Shown here one piece after another: positions 19,902-29,964 of a stretch of 64,000 bases of DNA. Within the stretch, counting starts at the first letter, position 1, and every line of letters starts with the position of its first letter. The position numbers and the translations under genes were made by a program. Origin of the DNA: an uncultured Planctomycetales bacterium (GTDB lineage Bacteria; Omnitrophota; Gorgyraeia; Zapsychrales; JANLHA01); contig CAZAXH010000001.1 of NCBI GenBank assembly GCA_964489065.1, forward strand, positions 21,106 to 85,105, in the 5' to 3' direction. The notes under the pieces were generated by a model, which worked only from the letters and a program-made list of their open reading frames with translations, was not told the origin of the DNA and made no database searches.

Positions 19902-21341
19902 TCAGGCGTCCTTCATCCCGGGGACGCCAGCCCCGCCATGAAGAAGCCGAATTATAGACATTAGTATACCGGCAATAAGCCAAAAGTAAACGGATAGTTG
20001 CAAAGAATAAAAATGCACGTCGAAAAAGCTGTGCACAAGAAAGGCCGTCACCCCGGACAGGGTCCCTAGCAAAAGAACCACAAGCGCCTGAGCCTCCGGG
20101 GCAGGACAAAATCGCCGGAGTGTTTTAAACGCCGCCCCTGCCAGCGCCCCCAAAACCCACAAGAATCCGGCCAGCCCGGCCAGCCCCGTTTCCACCAAAA
20201 CCTGGACAAAACAGTTATGCGCGTAAATCGGATATTGCCCCGCCGGCGTACGCTGAATCACATCCATATACGTATTCAACCCGTACCCAAACCAGGGCTT
20301 CCCCTTGACCAGAGAGAAGCTTTCTTTCCATACGTGTGTTCGCCACCGGACATCATCCAGCACAATTTCCGGGCGGGTCCGGGTGCGCTTACGCACTTCT
20401 AAAGGCGAAAATTTTACAAAACACCACGAACACACGAGAGCCACGAGGACAAGTCCCGTTAGAATCCTCCTGTTCCGGAAAGACAAAAAAACCAGTATCC
20501 CCACCAACGCCGCCAGCCAGCCGGCCCGGGAAAAAGTCAAGATCAAGGTCCCGGCAACAAGGTTCCATAAAAGGATCAAAATAAAACGGTGCCACGGCTT
20601 TCTCAAAGGAAGGAAACATAAGGCGAAAAAAAACGGGACAGCAATCACACAATACCCCGCTAAACTATTAGGGTGCGGGAAAGCCGCCGTAACCCCGTCC
20701 CGCAGCATGGCGCGGTTTCTAAAGATATCGTGCCCCAGCCAAAAAAATTGCAGGAAAGCATCCATGGCGGTCACCAGCGTGGTGAACGCATAAACTTTAA
20801 CCACCCTATAAATATGCTTGCGGTCCGAATAAAGTCCTGTCACCAGATAGAAAACAACAAACCATTCTAAGGTCTTTGTGACGAAACCCCGCAGAGATTT
20901 GGCCGGGTCCACGCTAAAGACGACCGAGAGAAAACAAACAGACAAAAAAAACAAAACCGCTTTGTCAATAGGCGTCCGCGGGATAAAATCCCACCCCAAG
21001 AACCGGGGGGCCGGGGAAAACGTCGGCGGCCTCCGGGAAGAACAGGAATGAATCCGGGTCAAGGGAAAAGTCCACAACACAAGCGCCCCGATAACACAAA
21101 TTTCAATCACCGCTTTACTGTAGGGCAAAAAAAAGACAAGAATTAACAGTAAAACCCGCGCCGCAGCCGTCACCTTGTTCCCTCCGGCCGGCGGAGTATC
21201 TTTTTCCCAATCATCAATACGCCCCTTTTCCTTTAATAACAGCCGGGACGGTCCAAAGCATAATCCGCAAATCCAATCCAAAAGACCAATTATTGATATA
21301 CCACAGATCCCATTTAACCCACCGCTTGAAGGAAAGGTCAC
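19902..21341 (-). CDS. O-antigen ligase / polymerase family (Wzy_C) membrane protein, start uncertain
   Basis: WFGYGLNTYMDVIQRTPAGQYPIYAHNCFVQVLVETGLAGL motif. The ORF as drawn overlaps the upstream WbaP-like gene by 128 nt and has no internal ATG for 190 codons. The true start is probably a downstream GTG/TTG. Confidence 0.6.
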   Translation of the reverse strand: MTFPSSGGLNGICGISIIGLLDWICGLCFGPSRLLLKEKGRIDDWEKDTPPAGGNKVTAAARVLLLILVFFLPYSKAVIEICVIGALVLWTFPLTRIHSCSSRRPPTFSPAPRFLGWDFIPRTPIDKAVLFFLSVCFLSVVFSVDPAKSLRGFVTKTLEWFVVFYLVTGLYSDRKHIYRVVKVYAFTTLVTAMDAFLQFFWLGHDIFRNRAMLRDGVTAAFPHPNSLAGYCVIAVPFFFALCFLPLRKPWHRFILILLWNLVAGTLILTFSRAGWLAALVGILVFLSFRNRRILTGLVLVALVCSWCFVKFSPLEVRKRTRTRPEIVLDDVRWRTHVWKESFSLVKGKPWFGYGLNTYMDVIQRTPAGQYPIYAHNCFVQVLVETGLAGLAGFLWVLGALAGAAFKTLRRFCPAPEAQALVVLLLGTLSGVTAFLVHSFFDVHFYSLQLSVYFWLIAGILMSIIRLLHGGAGVPGMKDA

Positions 21342-22623
21342 TGCGGCCGCGCACCTGGGAGAGGCAGGTCACGCCAGGGCGGATCGATAAACGCTGAAGG
21401 TCCTGCTGATTATACTGCTCCACTTCATCCGGTGTCGGCGGACGCGGCCCCACCAGGCTCATGTCGCCCTTAAAAACATTATAAAGCTGCGGAAGTTCAT
21501 CCAGGCTGAAACGGCGCAGCACCCGGCCCACCCTTGTCACGCGAGGATCTTTCTTCATTTTAAAAATCACCCCGTCCTTAACTTCATTGTTGTTCAGCAG
21601 GCTGGATTTCAGTTGCTCGGCGTTGTTCATCATGGAACGGAACTTAAACAGCCTGAAGCGTTTCCCCTTTAATCCCACCCGTTCCTGGACATAAAAAACC
21701 GGGCCCGGGGAATCGAGCCGGACCAGGATGGCGATCAAAAGGAAAACCGGAGAAAGAAGGGCCAGAAGGGCCGAGGACAAAAGGATATCGGAAAACCGCT
21801 TCAGGGCGAACTCGGTCGGATGATGTTTCCTCTGTTTATAAGTTAAAAGAGGAATGATCCCCATATAACTGATCTCAATGAAAGACAGCGGGCCCTCAAA
21901 ATTTTCAGGGACGATCCTCACCCCTAAATGCATCGTTTGGGCTTTTTTGATAATATCACCGATCAATTCTCGCTCCGATGGGATCGTTACGACAATCTCA
22001 TCTACAAAATGTCTCCGGGCCACATAGGGGAAATCCCTCACCTTGCCCAGCACCGGGAACCCGTCGATCTCCTCCTTATGATCATCGAGGAACCCGACGA
22101 CATGAAACCCCCATTGCGGGTTCTGGCAGACTTCTTCCAGGACAACCCCTCCGACCTTCCCCGCCCCTACAATCAGGACATTAATATTATGGAACCCCCC
22201 GGCGATGAGCTTGCGGACAATCAGCCGTTTAATCACCCTCCAGCCGCTCAAAAACAGGCACAACAGCAGGAAATTCTCTCCGAAAACTTCACGGGAAAAA
22301 AATTTGTATTGGGCGAAAAAGATAATCGCGGCCATAAGGACACTTACGTAAAAAAGGTTCAGAATGACCCGGGCGATTTCTTTCGGAATCGGGAGACTCC
22401 GGTCCGTAGCATACAGGCCTTTGCGGTGAAGAAACCCCATGATAAAAATCGCCCACAGCACAAAAATAAAAATATATTGATCCGAATTAGGCAGGGTGAC
22501 GCTCTGGAAAATATCCGCCAGAGCGTTATACTTCAAATAATAAGGGACCAAAAAACCGATCCAGATAAAAATAAAATCGATAAAAAGATACAGCGGATAG
22601 ACTTTCCTGATGGAGGTAATCAT
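21214..22623 (-). CDS. Undecaprenyl-phosphate sugar phosphotransferase (WbaP/exopolysaccharide polyprenyl glycosylphosphotransferase family)
   Basis: 469 aa. N-terminal transmembrane segments and a central Rossmann-like region. C-terminal bacterial sugar-transferase domain: DSPGPVFYVQERVGLKGKRFRLFKFRSM...DELPQLYNVFKGDMSLVGPRP. Confidence 0.85.
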   Translation of the reverse strand: MITSIRKVYPLYLFIDFIFIWIGFLVPYYLKYNALADIFQSVTLPNSDQYIFIFVLWAIFIMGFLHRKGLYATDRSLPIPKEIARVILNLFYVSVLMAAIIFFAQYKFFSREVFGENFLLLCLFLSGWRVIKRLIVRKLIAGGFHNINVLIVGAGKVGGVVLEEVCQNPQWGFHVVGFLDDHKEEIDGFPVLGKVRDFPYVARRHFVDEIVVTIPSERELIGDIIKKAQTMHLGVRIVPENFEGPLSFIEISYMGIIPLLTYKQRKHHPTEFALKRFSDILLSSALLALLSPVFLLIAILVRLDSPGPVFYVQERVGLKGKRFRLFKFRSMMNNAEQLKSSLLNNNEVKDGVIFKMKKDPRVTRVGRVLRRFSLDELPQLYNVFKGDMSLVGPRPPTPDEVEQYNQQDLQRLSIRPGVTCLSQVRGRSDLSFKRWVKWDLWYINNWSFGLDLRIMLWTVPAVIKGKGAY

Positions 22624-22695
22624 ATTTTAAAACCAACGGCCCTCTTGCGGCACCTGATTCCAAAGTTTTTTTCTTTAATTCTACCCGTGGATAAA

Positions 22696-22709
22696 ATATT
22701 GCGCAATAT
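22696..22709. promoter_or_regulatory. Perfect 14-bp palindrome ATATTGCGCAATAT, candidate operator upstream of the WbaP-like gene
   Basis: Exact inverted repeat seen directly in the sequence, ~70 nt upstream of the 22623 start codon, inside an AT-rich 235-nt intergenic region. Confidence 0.35.
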
Positions 22710-22858
22710 CAAATACAGGCGCGGCACTTCCTGTCTCCAGCCCTGTGGGGGCTCATCGTTGTCCAGGAACTCCCTTCCCGGCCCGGTCTCTCATCCCCGC
22801 CTTAAATAAAAGCGGGGAATTCCCGCCAGGACTTAAAAATCCCCGTGGGGGAAAATCT

Positions 22859-23626
22859 TTAAGGAACCCGTGATTTCCTGAGCCTGGCCCCCACGAATTC
22901 CCGGACCACCAGCCTGATAAAAGAGGTGTTCCCGATCAGATACCTCTTCCACATCCGTTTCGGTTCCTGAAAAAAACGGAACAGCCACTCCAGCCCCCAA
23001 CGCTGCATCCACCGTGGTGCCCGGCGCGTTTTTCCCGCCACGACGTCAAAACTTCCGCCGACGCCCATGACAAAAGGCACACCCAGCTGCGACCGATAGC
23101 GGCTTAAGAAAATCTCTTTCTGCGGGGACCCCATGGCCACGAAAAGGATATCCGCCGAAGAACGTCTGATCTGCCGAACAAGCCCGGCTTCTTCCTCCGG
23201 GGTCCAGTAGCCGTTGCGGTATCCGGCGATCTTTAACCCCGGGAACCGGACCCGATAGATATCAGCGACCGCCTCCACAACCGGCTGGCGGGCCCCCAGG
23301 AAAAAGACCGAGTATTCCCGCCGAGCCGCGAGCGCGACCAAATCTTCCATTAAATCAATCCCCGTCACGCGCTCTTTCAGCGGAAGGCCAAACCAACGGG
23401 ATACCCAAACCAAAGGCATACCGTCCGCATTAATAATGTCGCAGGCCGAAATGATATCATAAAATGCCGGATCCTTGCGGACCTTTAAAAGCTTATCCAC
23501 ATTGACCACGACATGCTGACAGGACCGGCGCTCTTTGATCCACCGGTCAATACGGTCAACGGTTTCGGCCCGGCTCAAGTTGTCGATCGGGCAACCGAAA
23601 AGATAAATACGTTCCGAAGGGGTCAT
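22859..23626 (-). CDS. WecG/TagA/CpsF-family glycosyltransferase (N-acetylmannosaminyltransferase-like)
   Basis: DKLLKVRKDPAFYDIISACDIINADGMPLVWV...FFLGARQPVVE...FVAMGSPQKEIF...WLFRFFQEPKRMWKRY matches the family. The start is taken at the internal MTPSERIY (23626), giving an ATGA overlap with the wecB stop. The ORF extends to 23827. Confidence 0.8.
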   Translation of the reverse strand: MTPSERIYLFGCPIDNLSRAETVDRIDRWIKERRSCQHVVVNVDKLLKVRKDPAFYDIISACDIINADGMPLVWVSRWFGLPLKERVTGIDLMEDLVALAARREYSVFFLGARQPVVEAVADIYRVRFPGLKIAGYRNGYWTPEEEAGLVRQIRRSSADILFVAMGSPQKEIFLSRYRSQLGVPFVMGVGGSFDVVAGKTRRAPRWMQRWGLEWLFRFFQEPKRMWKRYLIGNTSFIRLVVREFVGARLRKSRVP

Positions 23627-24729
23627 GAAAACGCCCTCACCAGTATTCGGATAATCCGTTTCGAAGCTTTCCCATCCCATAAAGCAGGAACACGTCCCTG
23701 CCGGGCCTGCCCCCGGAGAATCCGACGGACAAGCCCCGGCACGCGGGCGATTTTGTCCCCGACAAGAATATTGGTCCCCTCCCGTAGGGTGACCGGCCGC
23801 TCCGTGCTGGACCGCAAGGTCAAGCACGGAACATGCAGAAACGTCGTCTCCTCCTGGATGCCGCCGCTGTCCGTTAACACAAATTTCGCGTCCCGGCAGA
23901 GAGACAAAAACTCAAGATATCCCAACGGTTCAAGGCAATGCATCCGCGCCGGGATCCGGATGCGGAAGGTTTCCATAGTCTTCCGGGTCCGCGGATGTGC
24001 GGGAAAAACAACCGGAACCTGTTGGGCCACGTCGGCGATCATCGAGATCAGCCGTTTTAACTGCCGTTTATCATCAACATTCACGGGGCGGTGTAGGGTC
24101 AGGACACCGTATGTTTTCAAAAATTCCGTTAAAGGGGCGCTCGCCCAAGAACTTTTGTCCGCCTCACGGATTTTTTCAAGCCCCACGATAAGGCTGTCAA
24201 TCATCGTGTTACCGACGAAGTGAATCGTATCCGCCGCATGCCCTTCTCTCCGGAGATTGTCCACCCCGCTTGCTTCTGTCACAAACAGAAAATCCGAAAT
24301 GCTGTCCGTAACGATACGGTTCACTTCTTCCGGCATCGTCCGGTCAAAGCTTCTCAAGCCGGCCTCGACATGCGCGACCGGGATATTCAACTTTTTCGCC
24401 GCCAGGCACGCGGCCACGGTGGAGTTAACGTCCCCGACCACCACCACAACCGCAGGTTTTTCTTTAAGACAAACACGTTCGAAAGCGGTCAGGACCTTTG
24501 CCGTTTGTTCAGCGTGAGAGCCGGAACCAGCCTCCAGACAATACTGCGGGGCCGGGATGTCCAAGTCTTTAAAAAACCTGTCCGACATCGCCGCGTCATA
24601 ATGCTGGCCGGAATGCACCAGGACAGGGCGGACCGCCGGCTGGCAGCGGCATTCTTTGAGCAGACAGGCAATTTTCATAAAATTCGGCCTGGCCCCGGCG
24701 ACAAAAACAATCTTTTGTTTCCTTTTCAT
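23623..24729 (-). CDS. wecB: UDP-N-acetylglucosamine 2-epimerase (non-hydrolysing)
   Basis: 368 aa. KIVFVAGARPNFMKIA...VHSGQHYD...VVGDVNSTVAACLAAKKLNIPVAHVEAGLRSFDRTMPEEVNR. Confidence 0.88.
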   Translation of the reverse strand: MKRKQKIVFVAGARPNFMKIACLLKECRCQPAVRPVLVHSGQHYDAAMSDRFFKDLDIPAPQYCLEAGSGSHAEQTAKVLTAFERVCLKEKPAVVVVVGDVNSTVAACLAAKKLNIPVAHVEAGLRSFDRTMPEEVNRIVTDSISDFLFVTEASGVDNLRREGHAADTIHFVGNTMIDSLIVGLEKIREADKSSWASAPLTEFLKTYGVLTLHRPVNVDDKRQLKRLISMIADVAQQVPVVFPAHPRTRKTMETFRIRIPARMHCLEPLGYLEFLSLCRDAKFVLTDSGGIQEETTFLHVPCLTLRSSTERPVTLREGTNILVGDKIARVPGLVRRILRGQARQGRVPALWDGKASKRIIRILVRAFS

Positions 24730-24732
24730 AGC

Positions 24733-25926
24733 TTAGCGTCCTTCATCCTTCTGGGAGGCCAGCCCGGATCTCTGCAAATAATGAAAATAATAACTCAACG
24801 CGAAAAACATCCACGCCTGCGACCAGCGCATATAAGGGATCGTTATCCGGTAGAACCGTTTCTGCTGATAGCAAAAAAATCCGCTGGCCGTTTGCATGTG
24901 GCAGACCGTCCAGCCGATGACCTTTTCAATCAAAGCGGCGTAATCTTCCACCAAACCGGCAGTGACCGCCAGCGAAAGCAAACTGGCGGTGGCATGCACA
25001 TCCACCGGATAAACCCGGTTATTATAATACTTCGGAATGCCTTCCGGACTAAAAAAATGTTTAAAATAATAATCCAGCCCTGCCGAAAAATATTTTTGAA
25101 AACGAGTGTCTTGACTCCAGAGCTGATACCGATAGAGCGCTTCCAGGTTATAGGCCGTATGGAAGCTGTCGATCCACTGCTGATTCGGCTGTGTCCCATA
25201 AAACCAGCTCCCGTCGGGATTTTGCAGCCGGCAGCAAAAGGCCACCGAGCTCTGCGCCGCCTTAAGAAGCGCCGGATCTTTTTTATGGCAAGAAACCCGC
25301 GCCAGGAACGCGGACGCCAGCAAAGACGCGTTAATAATCCGCGAGCGGTCCACGGGCGTATAGGAAAAACAAACGTTGCCGGCGTCGTCCTCACTGCGAT
25401 TCAGGTCGTTTTGGATAAAATCCGCGACCGACAGGGCAGTACGGCACAGATCGTCCTCCCCGGTCAGTTCGTAAGCGTCCAACAACGCGTGCCCGGAAAA
25501 AGTCGAAACGATGACGTTGGGCACCCCCTGGGGGACAAAAAACGCGCGCGACTGCCAGTCAAAAGGGTATCCCCAGCAGGCGCCCGCATACCCCGTCGAT
25601 TGCCGGTCCTTGAGTATCCGGCTCAGGGTCTTTATATATTGATACGCCGGTCCCTCGGCAAACGCACGATACAGATACGTATACCCGCTCAAGAATAACG
25701 CCACGCCCTTCGGATTGTAATCCTTGGGCACCTGCAAAAACAAACGCAGGTTGACCGGGCACCGCTTGAAAAACTGCAGCCAAGCGATCCTGGCCCAGGC
25801 GTGTTCCCTTAAAAAGCTACGCTGAAAAATCCGGGAACGTAAACCGTCAAAAGGGTCCCACCCCTGAAAATTTTCCGCCTCGCAGGCCCCCCTCAAACGG
25901 TTCAAAGAATCAAGGATATAATTCAT
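24733..25926 (-). CDS. Heparinase II/III-like (alpha/alpha toroid) family protein, function unknown
   Basis: 397 aa, rich in W/Y/F. The call rests on its position next to a bi-domain oxidoreductase and asnB, a recurring neighbourhood for this family in polysaccharide loci. Confidence 0.4.
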   Translation of the reverse strand: MNYILDSLNRLRGACEAENFQGWDPFDGLRSRIFQRSFLREHAWARIAWLQFFKRCPVNLRLFLQVPKDYNPKGVALFLSGYTYLYRAFAEGPAYQYIKTLSRILKDRQSTGYAGACWGYPFDWQSRAFFVPQGVPNVIVSTFSGHALLDAYELTGEDDLCRTALSVADFIQNDLNRSEDDAGNVCFSYTPVDRSRIINASLLASAFLARVSCHKKDPALLKAAQSSVAFCCRLQNPDGSWFYGTQPNQQWIDSFHTAYNLEALYRYQLWSQDTRFQKYFSAGLDYYFKHFFSPEGIPKYYNNRVYPVDVHATASLLSLAVTAGLVEDYAALIEKVIGWTVCHMQTASGFFCYQQKRFYRITIPYMRWSQAWMFFALSYYFHYLQRSGLASQKDEGR

Positions 25927-28066
25927 GGAGATCGATATCTTGAGGAGCCCGGGTTTCCAGACTTTTTAAAATTTTTAATGTCGTCAAAGAAACAAGCAGG
26001 ATGTCCTCAAGGGGAATCGGGCTCCCGCCTCCTTTATGAACCGCATCGATAAACGCCCGCACCTCTTCCCGGTGCCCCTTTCCCGGGAAACGGGCTGTTT
26101 CTTCCCGCCCCTGGATATATCCCGTTCCCTGGCGGAAATCCTGAATCACAAAACTGTTACCGGCGGTAAATATTTCGCAGCGCTCTTTGGGCATCCGTCC
26201 GGAGCCCATAGCTGTATATAAAATATGGCCTGCCGAACCGTTTTTAAAGGCCAGTTGAACAAGCAGATTATCTTCCGGTTGCCATTTCCCGCTCCTAGAG
26301 GTGACTCCCGTCGCCATGACCCGGACCGGTTCTGCCCCGGCCCAATAAAGCATCAAGTCCACGAAATGGCACATCTCCCCCAGTACCCGCCCGCCTCCGA
26401 TGTCCGGAAGCTGAATCCAGGAATCCGCCGGAATGTACCCGGCGTTAACCCGGATGTCCATCATGACCGGGCAGGCCTGCGGCTCAAGATGACTTTTCAC
26501 CCAGGTGCTTAGCGGCGCGAACCGCCGGTTATACCCGACCATCAGCCCCGGGTTCTCACGCCCCAGGGCGGCCGTCATTTTCAATTCCTCCATCGTCAGG
26601 CACAACGGTTTTTCCACAAAAACCCGTTTCCCCGCCTTAAGACAGGCGTTGGTATACAACCCGTGCGTATTGTGGCGGGTCGCGATAAAAACGGTATTCA
26701 GGACTTCCGATGCGATAATGGCGTCCGGATCGGTAGACGCGGTGTTAAACCCGAATTTCTCCGCCACGTTCCGGGCGGATATCCCTTTCGTGGTGACGAC
26801 AGTATCCAGCGACACGTTCAAATCTTTCAAGGCCGGGAGCAAATACCCCTGGGCAAAACTGCCCGCCCCGATAAATCCGACATTCACCGCCTTGAGCGGC
26901 TCCGATCCGACGGGAACCGAACGCCTGGCCAAAGGCCCGGGCGCGCGCTCGTAGGTCAGGAGAATCCCGATATAGGGCTCTCTTCGGGTCATCATCAGGT
27001 CATACGCGCCTAAGGCGTCTTTAAAATCAAACACCTGGGTTATCAGGGGTTCAACCTTCACCATGCCACGGGCGATCATTTGCACAACCACATCCATGTT
27101 CCGGTTCTCGGTGAACCGCACATACGGATAGGGATAATCCTGCCCGCGCTCCTCATAAAGCGGATCATAACGTCCCGGGCCGTAGGAGGTCGCCATCTTA
27201 ATCTCAAGTTCCTTCCGGTAAAAATGGGGCTCCCGGGGCACCGCAACCGGGACATCCCCAACGATAACAATAAGGCCTTTCTTGCGCAGGATTTCCGTCG
27301 CCAGAAGGACAGGATCATTATCCGCAGAGGACGCGGTGATGATGACCTTATCAAACCCGTGCGGCCCGGCAAACGAATCAAGCGCGCGCGAAAGCCCGGA
27401 AGACGTCCGGTTCTCCGCCGCGTGAATCCCCATCTCCCTCGCCTTGGCCACCGTATAATCGGAAACATCGATACCGAACACAAAACAGCCGTTGGCTTTT
27501 AAAATCTGGGCAACGAGTTGCCCGATCAGACCCAACCCGACCACACAGACATTATCTCCTATTTTAACGTCCGCCTGCCGCACCCCCTGCAGGGCGATCG
27601 CTCCAACGGTGGTAAAGCACGCCTCCCGGGGGGAAACCCCCGCCGGCACTTGAACGGCAAGGTTCCGGGGCACGCAAACGACTTCGGCGTGCGAGGCGTA
27701 ATCCTGCCCGGCGCAAGCCACCAGGTCGCCGGGGCGAAACCGTTCCCCTTCTGCGGCCTCCAGGACAACCCCGCAGCTGCTGTACCCCAGCGCCTTGGGC
27801 CAGTCCAGCTTATTCTTCACTTTATGAATGGTCGACAACAGCCCTTCCTTGCGGATATTGTCCATCACCTGCTTAACAAGGTCCGGCCTTTTCTTCGCCT
27901 TCCCCAGCAAAGACAGTTTCCCGGTATGAACCGTTGAACGCTCCGTCCCGGCGCTAATCAGCGACACATGGTTCTGCACCAGCACCGCTGCAGGCAAAAG
28001 GGCCGGAACCGGCACCTCCTGCAGATTTAAATCACCGGTTTTTAAATTCTGCACCAATTGTTTCAT
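25910..28066 (-). CDS. Bi-domain oxidoreductase (N-terminal Zn-type medium-chain dehydrogenase domain fused to Gfo/Idh/MocA domain)
   Basis: N-terminus ...LVQNHVSLISAGTERS..., then GxGxxG (VVGLGLIGQL). A second Rossmann domain VNVGFIGAGSFAQGYLLPAL...EKPLCLT has the Gfo/Idh/MocA EKP motif. The start is taken at MKQLVQNL (28066). Confidence 0.75.
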   Translation of the reverse strand: MKQLVQNLKTGDLNLQEVPVPALLPAAVLVQNHVSLISAGTERSTVHTGKLSLLGKAKKRPDLVKQVMDNIRKEGLLSTIHKVKNKLDWPKALGYSSCGVVLEAAEGERFRPGDLVACAGQDYASHAEVVCVPRNLAVQVPAGVSPREACFTTVGAIALQGVRQADVKIGDNVCVVGLGLIGQLVAQILKANGCFVFGIDVSDYTVAKAREMGIHAAENRTSSGLSRALDSFAGPHGFDKVIITASSADNDPVLLATEILRKKGLIVIVGDVPVAVPREPHFYRKELEIKMATSYGPGRYDPLYEERGQDYPYPYVRFTENRNMDVVVQMIARGMVKVEPLITQVFDFKDALGAYDLMMTRREPYIGILLTYERAPGPLARRSVPVGSEPLKAVNVGFIGAGSFAQGYLLPALKDLNVSLDTVVTTKGISARNVAEKFGFNTASTDPDAIIASEVLNTVFIATRHNTHGLYTNACLKAGKRVFVEKPLCLTMEELKMTAALGRENPGLMVGYNRRFAPLSTWVKSHLEPQACPVMMDIRVNAGYIPADSWIQLPDIGGGRVLGEMCHFVDLMLYWAGAEPVRVMATGVTSRSGKWQPEDNLLVQLAFKNGSAGHILYTAMGSGRMPKERCEIFTAGNSFVIQDFRQGTGYIQGREETARFPGKGHREEVRAFIDAVHKGGGSPIPLEDILLVSLTTLKILKSLETRAPQDIDLHELYP

Positions 28067-29964
28067 GAATCCAGGAACCTCCTCATCCATAATTCACAGG
28101 TCAAAAACTGATAAATCCGGTAAGCGTTATCCTCCCGGCCGCAGCGGTCGGCATCAATCAAGGCGCGCACCCTATCCGGATTCAATAAGCCGCGCTTTTT
28201 TATATTACCATAAGATAAAACATCGTCCACTAATTCGCGTAAATCTCCGGCCATCCACGCGCGCAGGGGCATCCCGAAAGACGCTTTCGGACGGTATACA
28301 ATCCGCTTCGGCAGCACATCTTCCGCGGCCTTTTTAAGCAGATACTTCGCCGTGCGGTCTTTAATCTTAAACCGGCCCGGCAGAGCCATCGCCCATTCAA
28401 CCACGGTTTTATCGATAAAAGGAACCCGCACTTCCACCGAAGCCGCCATGGAAGCCCGGTCCGTGTACGTCAGATTCAAGCCGGTCATAAACATATGGAT
28501 ATCCGTAAAACACATCCGGTTAATATCATCCCGATCCGGATTCTTATAAAAAAGCTCATCATGCTGGGCGAAGAGAGCATCGACCTGGGAATCAAACTGC
28601 CGGTTGAAGAGATCGCACAATTCCAACCGGCCGTAATAGGAATAGCTCCGCATATACGCCTCCCCCCAGGGCATGTCCGCAAAAGAGAAAAACCGTTTCG
28701 CCCAACGGACCGGCCGCAAGCCCCAGCGGCCCAGCCGCACCGGCATCCCTGACAGGGCGGTGGAACACGTCGCCTTGACCGGCCCCGGCCAGCGGCGGAT
28801 TTTCCGACTCAAAAGCGTGGCATAATGGCGCCGATACCCGGCAAAAATCTCATCCGCGCCCATACCCGAAAGCAGCACTTTCAGTCCCCGCTGGCGGGCG
28901 CATTGACAGATCAGATACGTATTGATGGCCGCCGGATCCCCGATAGGCTCATCCAGGATGGAGACCATATCCTGGAGAGAATCCACCACCGAGGGCGTGA
29001 CCGGGATATCCGTGTGTCGGACTCCCAAAACCCGCGCGATATCAGCCGCGTATATATTATCGGCCGGCATGCGCTCGACCCGCTGGTCCCGGCGGGACAC
29101 AGTGATGGTAAACGTGGAAAGATCCGGGTTTCCTTGTTTGGCCAAAGCCGTGATATACGAAGAATCAAGCCCTCCGCTCAAGAACGCCCCCACCGGCACG
29201 TCCGCAACAAGATGCCTTTTTACGCTCTCTTTCATGACCTGGCGCAAATCTTCGATCAGTTTTTTTTCCGGCAGAACGGCTGGCGGCCCGCTAGGCAATT
29301 CCCAGTAGCGGTGCTGGCTTAAAGAAACGTCTCCCGCGGCCAACCGGACTTTCAAGAAATGCGCCGGCGGGACCTTATACACATCCTTGAATATGGATTC
29401 GTTTCCCGACGGCCAAAGATAATTCAGGCAGGACACCAGCACAGAGGGGTTCACCTCTTTCCGGATCCCGGGGAGCCCCAAAAACGCTTTCAATTCCGAA
29501 GAAAAAATAAAGCACCCCGGGATCCCCCTGGAGTAAAAAAGCGGCTTGATCCCGAAATAATCCCGAACCAAATACAATTCGTTTTTGAAACGGTCCAGCA
29601 GCCCGAACGCGAACATCCCCTGCAGCATGGCGAAACTGTTCTGGCGATAACAGCGGAACAGCTCAAGCACCACCTCGGTATCGGAACCCGTTTGAAAGCG
29701 GACTCCCCGCCGTTCAAGCGCAGACCGCAGGTCCCGGTAATTATAAATTTCTCCATTATAAACAATCACCAGCCCCTCCTTTTCCATGGGCTGGTTCGCG
29801 TTTTCAGAAAGGTCAATAATCGCCAGCCGCCGGTGGCCCAGCGCCAGACCGCCGTCCTGCCAAAGGCCCTGCGCATCAGGGCCCCGGTGCCGCAGAACCT
29901 GATTCATCGCTTTCACGTGTTCGTGGGCGTCCGGCAGGCCGAAAATCCCGTTTATCCCGCACAT
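28063..29964 (-). CDS. asnB: Asparagine synthase (glutamine-hydrolysing) family amidotransferase
   Basis: Ntn glutaminase start MCGINGIF (Cys2), RGPD motif, and a PP-loop SGGLDSS in the synthetase domain. The start is at the internal Met-Cys (29964). Confidence 0.88.
   Translation of the reverse strand: MCGINGIFGLPDAHEHVKAMNQVLRHRGPDAQGLWQDGGLALGHRRLAIIDLSENANQPMEKEGLVIVYNGEIYNYRDLRSALERRGVRFQTGSDTEVVLELFRCYRQNSFAMLQGMFAFGLLDRFKNELYLVRDYFGIKPLFYSRGIPGCFIFSSELKAFLGLPGIRKEVNPSVLVSCLNYLWPSGNESIFKDVYKVPPAHFLKVRLAAGDVSLSQHRYWELPSGPPAVLPEKKLIEDLRQVMKESVKRHLVADVPVGAFLSGGLDSSYITALAKQGNPDLSTFTITVSRRDQRVERMPADNIYAADIARVLGVRHTDIPVTPSVVDSLQDMVSILDEPIGDPAAINTYLICQCARQRGLKVLLSGMGADEIFAGYRRHYATLLSRKIRRWPGPVKATCSTALSGMPVRLGRWGLRPVRWAKRFFSFADMPWGEAYMRSYSYYGRLELCDLFNRQFDSQVDALFAQHDELFYKNPDRDDINRMCFTDIHMFMTGLNLTYTDRASMAASVEVRVPFIDKTVVEWAMALPGRFKIKDRTAKYLLKKAAEDVLPKRIVYRPKASFGMPLRAWMAGDLRELVDDVLSYGNIKKRGLLNPDRVRALIDADRCGREDNAYRIYQFLTCELWMRRFLDS

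Noticed and set aside
19902-21341. Treating the full 479-aa ORF as the gene, with a 128-nt overlap into the WbaP-like gene.
   Set aside because: An overlap of this size on the same strand is unusual, and the first 190 codons contain no ATG. A downstream GTG/TTG start is more likely, but I cannot pick it from the sequence alone.
22797-22830. GC hairpin ccccgc(cttaaataaaa)gcgggg as an intrinsic terminator after the WecG-like gene.
   Set aside because: No U-tract follows on either strand, so it does not meet the intrinsic-terminator pattern. It may still be a structural or regulatory element.
24220-25698. Long plus-strand ORF (492 aa), and similar ones at 13400-14098, 18780-19700, 21928-22809 and 57690-58571, antisense to minus-strand genes.
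   Set aside because: Arg/Pro/Gly-rich, low-complexity translations with no recognisable motifs. They are fully embedded antisense in well-supported minus-strand genes of a GC-rich region, so are typical shadow ORFs.
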